From Patescibacteria group bacterium (GTDB lineage Bacteria; Patescibacteriota; Patescibacteriia; SG8-24): a DNA stretch of 64,000 nt. The notes beneath the pieces were generated by a model, which worked only from the letters and a program-made list of their open reading frames with translations, did no database searches and was not told where the DNA came from. The position numbers and the translations under genes are program-made. How positions within the stretch are numbered: position 1 is the first letter of the stretch; every line of letters begins with the position of its first letter. Of this stretch, positions 59,187-64,000 are shown one piece after another. The stretch is taken from contig JAYEJB010000043.1 in NCBI GenBank assembly GCA_034716415.1, positions 705 through 64,704 on the forward strand, given 5' to 3'.

Positions 59187-59591
59187 ATGGCAAAACCCGT
59201 CCTAAGACCGACCGGAGCAAAGACCATTGTCGTTATGGATGACGAACAGCTGGTCCTGCGCTCCATGACAAGACGGCTGACATTGGCCGGATATCACGTG
59301 AAAGCATTTTCGGATCCGGTCCGGCTCATCCAGGCACTTTGTGAACTCAACATGGAGTTCGATCTGTTGTTGACTGATATGGACTTCGATGACGGATCCG
59401 GGTGGAGCGGCGCCAGAATCATCGAGGAGCTCCGCCGAGAGGGGTTCGACCAGCCGATGATCCTGTGGAGCGGCGGAAAGAATATTGACAGGGTGACTAT
59501 CGGACCCAACAGCTCAACCCTGAAGATGGGTAAGGGTGATATCGCTGATCTGCTGACCAGAATTTACGACCTCTTGGATATTTCGGCATGA
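59187..59591 (+). CDS. stand-alone response regulator receiver protein
   Basis: 'VVMDDE', 'DLLLTD', 'ILWSG', 'K'. Confidence 0.85.
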   Translation: MAKPVLRPTGAKTIVVMDDEQLVLRSMTRRLTLAGYHVKAFSDPVRLIQALCELNMEFDLLLTDMDFDDGSGWSGARIIEELRREGFDQPMILWSGGKNIDRVTIGPNSSTLKMGKGDIADLLTRIYDLLDISA

Positions 59592-59688
59592 TATGTGCCA
59601 AGGCACCACTTGTCTCAGGTGGTGCATTTTCTATTCCGGTGTCCTATGCTGAATACAGACGCTCTTTAAAGGGCGCGGGAGGTGCAGC

Positions 59689-60048
59689 ATGAACCGCGTC
59701 CGCATCATGTTGGTGGACGATGACTACGACTTTCGTGTGTGTCTGGCGATCGATCTCAAAGGATACGGCTGTCTCGTCCATCAGTTCGAGAACGGACGCG
59801 TAGCGCTCGACGCCGCGTCAGACGGGTCAGTCGAGTTCGATATCCTAGTCACGGACTGGAAAATGCCGCTCCGGTACGGCGACGAGCTGATCGAAGAACT
59901 GCGTGAGGGCGGATTTACCCAACCGATGATCCTCTGGAGCAGTAATCTACCGCTACCGAAATGCGTGGATGCCACACTTGTTCTCGGTAAGAACGTCGGC
60001 CTGTCGGGACTCACGGCCGCGATACGCCAATGTCTGCAGACACCCTGA
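59689..60048 (+). CDS. stand-alone response regulator receiver protein
   Basis: 'MLVDDD', 'DILVTDWKMP', 'ILWSS', 'GK'. Confidence 0.85.
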   Translation: MNRVRIMLVDDDYDFRVCLAIDLKGYGCLVHQFENGRVALDAASDGSVEFDILVTDWKMPLRYGDELIEELREGGFTQPMILWSSNLPLPKCVDATLVLGKNVGLSGLTAAIRQCLQTP

Positions 60049-60107
60049 CACAACCGCTCATGCGAGCGGTCTTTTCATTAAAAAAGATCCTAGTCACACC
60101 AGGATCT

Positions 60108-60566
60108 TCAGATGTCGAACTTTGTGATCGGCAATCCGGTAAGTTTTTGCACCGTCAGCTCATCGACGATCTTAATGTTGATGCCCTTGGCCTTTCGAAG
60201 AACGGCAATCTTCTTCAACCCTTTCGCCGGAAACATCCCGCTTTTCCTGGTGCGGTGCTTGACCTCGATGCCATGGACAATCTCCCGGCCGCCGTCCCTG
60301 TCCGTCCAGATGCAGGCCCGCTTGTCGAAGATGAAATCCGGCACATACACCATCGGCATGGTGTCCGACCAATCGGGATGAAAGACCTTGATGGACACGT
60401 CCGGAGTGAACGGCACACCCATTGAGTCAAGCAGCCTGGCTACGGCGACCTCACCGGGCGTGACGTATCTGTACTTGCCGTACTTAATCCCGCTTGACTT
60501 ACCTACGACTCCGACGCTCACCATAAGAATCCCGGACCAATCCGCGTCATCCGTCAGTGTGGTCAA
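60108..60566 (-). CDS. PD-(D/E)XK nuclease-fold protein
   Basis: 'GEVAVARLL...GVPF', 'YVPDFIF', 'GIEVK'. Confidence 0.7.
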   Translation of the reverse strand: MTTLTDDADWSGILMVSVGVVGKSSGIKYGKYRYVTPGEVAVARLLDSMGVPFTPDVSIKVFHPDWSDTMPMVYVPDFIFDKRACIWTDRDGGREIVHGIEVKHRTRKSGMFPAKGLKKIAVLRKAKGINIKIVDELTVQKLTGLPITKFDI

Positions 60567-60663
60567 AAGAACCTCCTATCCGTTCAAGATTATCATCTTG
60601 CAACGTTCGGACTCATCCGTCAAAAGCGGAATAAAAAACCGTCAGCCCATACGAGCTGACGGA

Positions 60664-61182
60664 TCACTCCTTCTTCTTTTTCTTCCTGTGGGGCTTGCGT
60701 CGCTTAAGCTTCAGCGGCAACCCGCCTTTCTTGGCATAGAGTCCTATCTCGGCGTCACTCATCACCATGACGTGGATACCGCGTTGGTCGTACAGCAGGC
60801 GCGCCCTTTCAGGCTTCTTGTCCGATGCCTTGGCTTCGATGCCATGGATGACGAATTCTATCCCGTCCTCCTCGGTCCATATCCATTCATCTCCGTTGAA
60901 GATGAAGTCAGGGACGAATCCGAGCGGGGTGGTCCTGACGGAGCCGTCGGAATTCAGGAACTTACCATCGTTCTTCACCCTGAATCTCATATCCGGTATG
61001 AACCCCACATCGTGCTCAGTGAGCATTTCAGCGAGCAGCATCTCGCCCAGGGTGCAGTAATGATAACCGTTGTGCTCGTAGAGACTATTTTGACACCCGA
61101 CGTTCGCGCTGATGAATTTGATTCCCTTCCAGTCCGCTTTTTTCGCGGACCGGAACCGGTTCACCCGTTTCTTCCCTTTCAT
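60664..61182 (-). CDS. PD-(D/E)XK nuclease-fold protein (paralog)
   Basis: 'GEMLLAEML...VGF', 'FVPDFIF', 'GIEAK'. Confidence 0.7.
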   Translation of the reverse strand: MKGKKRVNRFRSAKKADWKGIKFISANVGCQNSLYEHNGYHYCTLGEMLLAEMLTEHDVGFIPDMRFRVKNDGKFLNSDGSVRTTPLGFVPDFIFNGDEWIWTEEDGIEFVIHGIEAKASDKKPERARLLYDQRGIHVMVMSDAEIGLYAKKGGLPLKLKRRKPHRKKKKKE

Positions 61183-61289
61183 TTCCTGCTCCCGGAACTT
61201 GTGAAGGTACCTGGTACACCTTAGACTCTCGAACCTTAACTTACAACCAAAAGACCCGCCTGTCGGCGGGCCTGTCGATTTCTATGAAA

Positions 61290-61724
61290 TTACGCGCGTG
61301 GCCTACGTTTGAGATCCCGATATTTTCTGGCTGTCTGTTCTCGGGCTATCTCGCGTTCCAGTGAAGCGAGCATGGCTGTCGCGGCGACATCATCCATACC
61401 ACGTTTTTCCTCAAGCGCCTTCCTGGCCTCTTCGCGAGCGGCCTCGATCTTCTCCATGTCGAGCTCTTCGGCGCGTTCGGCGGTATCGGCCAGCACGATC
61501 AGTCGACCGTCCGGCTGGACTTCGATGAACCCGCCGGACACGGCGAGATACTCCTGCTCCTTACCTTCGTGCAACGTCACCACGCCCGGCCTAAGATTCG
61601 ACACGAGCGGAATGTGCCCCGGAAGTACCGTAATCTCCCCTTCCTGCGTGGGAAGGGTCACGCCGTCGACCTCCTTCTTCTCGACGATGCGTTCCGGTGT
61701 CGTGAGTTCGAACGTCAGTTTCAT
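61290..61724 (-). CDS. atpC: ATP synthase F1 epsilon subunit
   Basis: 'TPE', 'GEITVLPGHIPL', 'VSGGFIEV', 'LADTAE'. Confidence 0.96.
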   Translation of the reverse strand: MKLTFELTTPERIVEKKEVDGVTLPTQEGEITVLPGHIPLVSNLRPGVVTLHEGKEQEYLAVSGGFIEVQPDGRLIVLADTAERAEELDMEKIEAAREEARKALEEKRGMDDVAATAMLASLEREIAREQTARKYRDLKRRPRA

Positions 61725-61727
61725 AAT

Positions 61728-63239
<1,512 letters not shown>

Positions 63240-64000
63240 TTATCTATTCCCCTCAAGCGCGGCCTTGCCGGAGGATATTTCCGCGATTTCCGCGGTGATG
63301 CCGGCCTGTCTGGCCCTGTTAAACGTTAATGTCAGGCTATCAATCATGTCTTTAGCGGCGTCAGTAGCCGATCTCATGGCGACCATCCGGGCCGAATGTT
63401 CTGATGCCGATGATTCCAGTATCGCTTGGTAAACTTGTGCTTCAACGAGCCGTGGTAGCATCTGATCCAATACCGCAGCCGGTGACGGCTCAAAGACGTA
63501 ATCATGTCCGACCGCACCGACCTCCAGTTCTTCGGCCGCACTGTGCTCATCCGGTTCGCCGGTCGCTGACGCTTCACTCACCTCACCCAGACCCTCGATT
63601 CTGGTGATCGGCAAGAGCTGGCTAATGTTCGGATTCTGGACGATCGCTGAAACGTAGTCCGTGAACGCCAGATAGACCGCCTCATACTTCCCGTCGACGA
63701 AATCCTTGACCGCCATGTCGGCGATCGGTCGCACATCGACCACGGTCGGATGGGCTTCAAGCTCCACGAAACTTGCTATCAGATTCAGATTGAACCGTCG
63801 CGCGGCGGCCTGCCCTTTCTTGCCGACGATAATGAAATCAATCTTCGTCCCCTCTGACAGAGTCTTCACGAACGCGTTCACCTTACGAAGCATCTGCGCG
63901 TTGAACCCTCCGCACAGCCCACGATCGGACGTGAACAGGATGACCAGCACGCGGTCGGCTCCGGGTTTCGTCGAAAGAAGCGGGTGCATACCCGGCTCCG
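63240..64000 (-). CDS. atpG: ATP synthase F1 gamma subunit (5' part outside window)
   Basis: 'TSDRGLCGGFN', 'SEHSARMVAM', 'RQAGITAEIAEI'. Confidence 0.96.
   Translation of the reverse strand, partial: EPGMHPLLSTKPGADRVLVILFTSDRGLCGGFNAQMLRKVNAFVKTLSEGTKIDFIIVGKKGQAAARRFNLNLIASFVELEAHPTVVDVRPIADMAVKDFVDGKYEAVYLAFTDYVSAIVQNPNISQLLPITRIEGLGEVSEASATGEPDEHSAAEELEVGAVGHDYVFEPSPAAVLDQMLPRLVEAQVYQAILESSASEHSARMVAMRSATDAAKDMIDSLTLTFNRARQAGITAEIAEISSGKAALEGNR

Overview
Bacterial chromosomal window (standard genetic code, moderately high GC) that most resembles a Patescibacteria/CPR (Parcubacteria/Uhrbacteria-like) genome. This assignment is inferred from the helicase-degenerate PriA, the single-chain UvrD-PD-(D/E)XK protein, CPR-type secreted domains and a TTCGG-N6-TTCGG LexA box. 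Contents in order: a surface-glycan locus (flippase, GT4, two GT2, O-antigen ligase-like); a decayed integrative islet at ~6.9-10 kb with tRNA 3'-end remnants, a recombinase remnant and two low-GC unknown genes; fmt-def-priA; a MEMO1-like gene; lexA followed by ~530 nt of highly structured non-coding sequence; clpB with a CIRCE; WecB/TagA-gltX-M23 peptidase; an ~18 kb accessory region of short monocistronic genes, many of them tandem paralogs (lipoproteins, dGTPase partners); ftsQ-ddl-alr, serS, lysS-greA, mrdA-mreDCB, DciA/UvrD-nuclease; paired receiver proteins and paired PD-(D/E)XK nucleases; and atpC-atpD-atpG. Best leads: the candidate large structured RNA behind lexA, a Met-rich leader-peptide attenuator, a 67-70 bp unit array with a variable 8-nt core upstream of alr, palindromic and octamer repeats inserted in-frame in proteins, and the islet that duplicates the 3' end of the ligase gene. 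No CRISPR array, rRNA or intact tRNA was found. All calls come from reading the sequence; no searches or folding programs were run.
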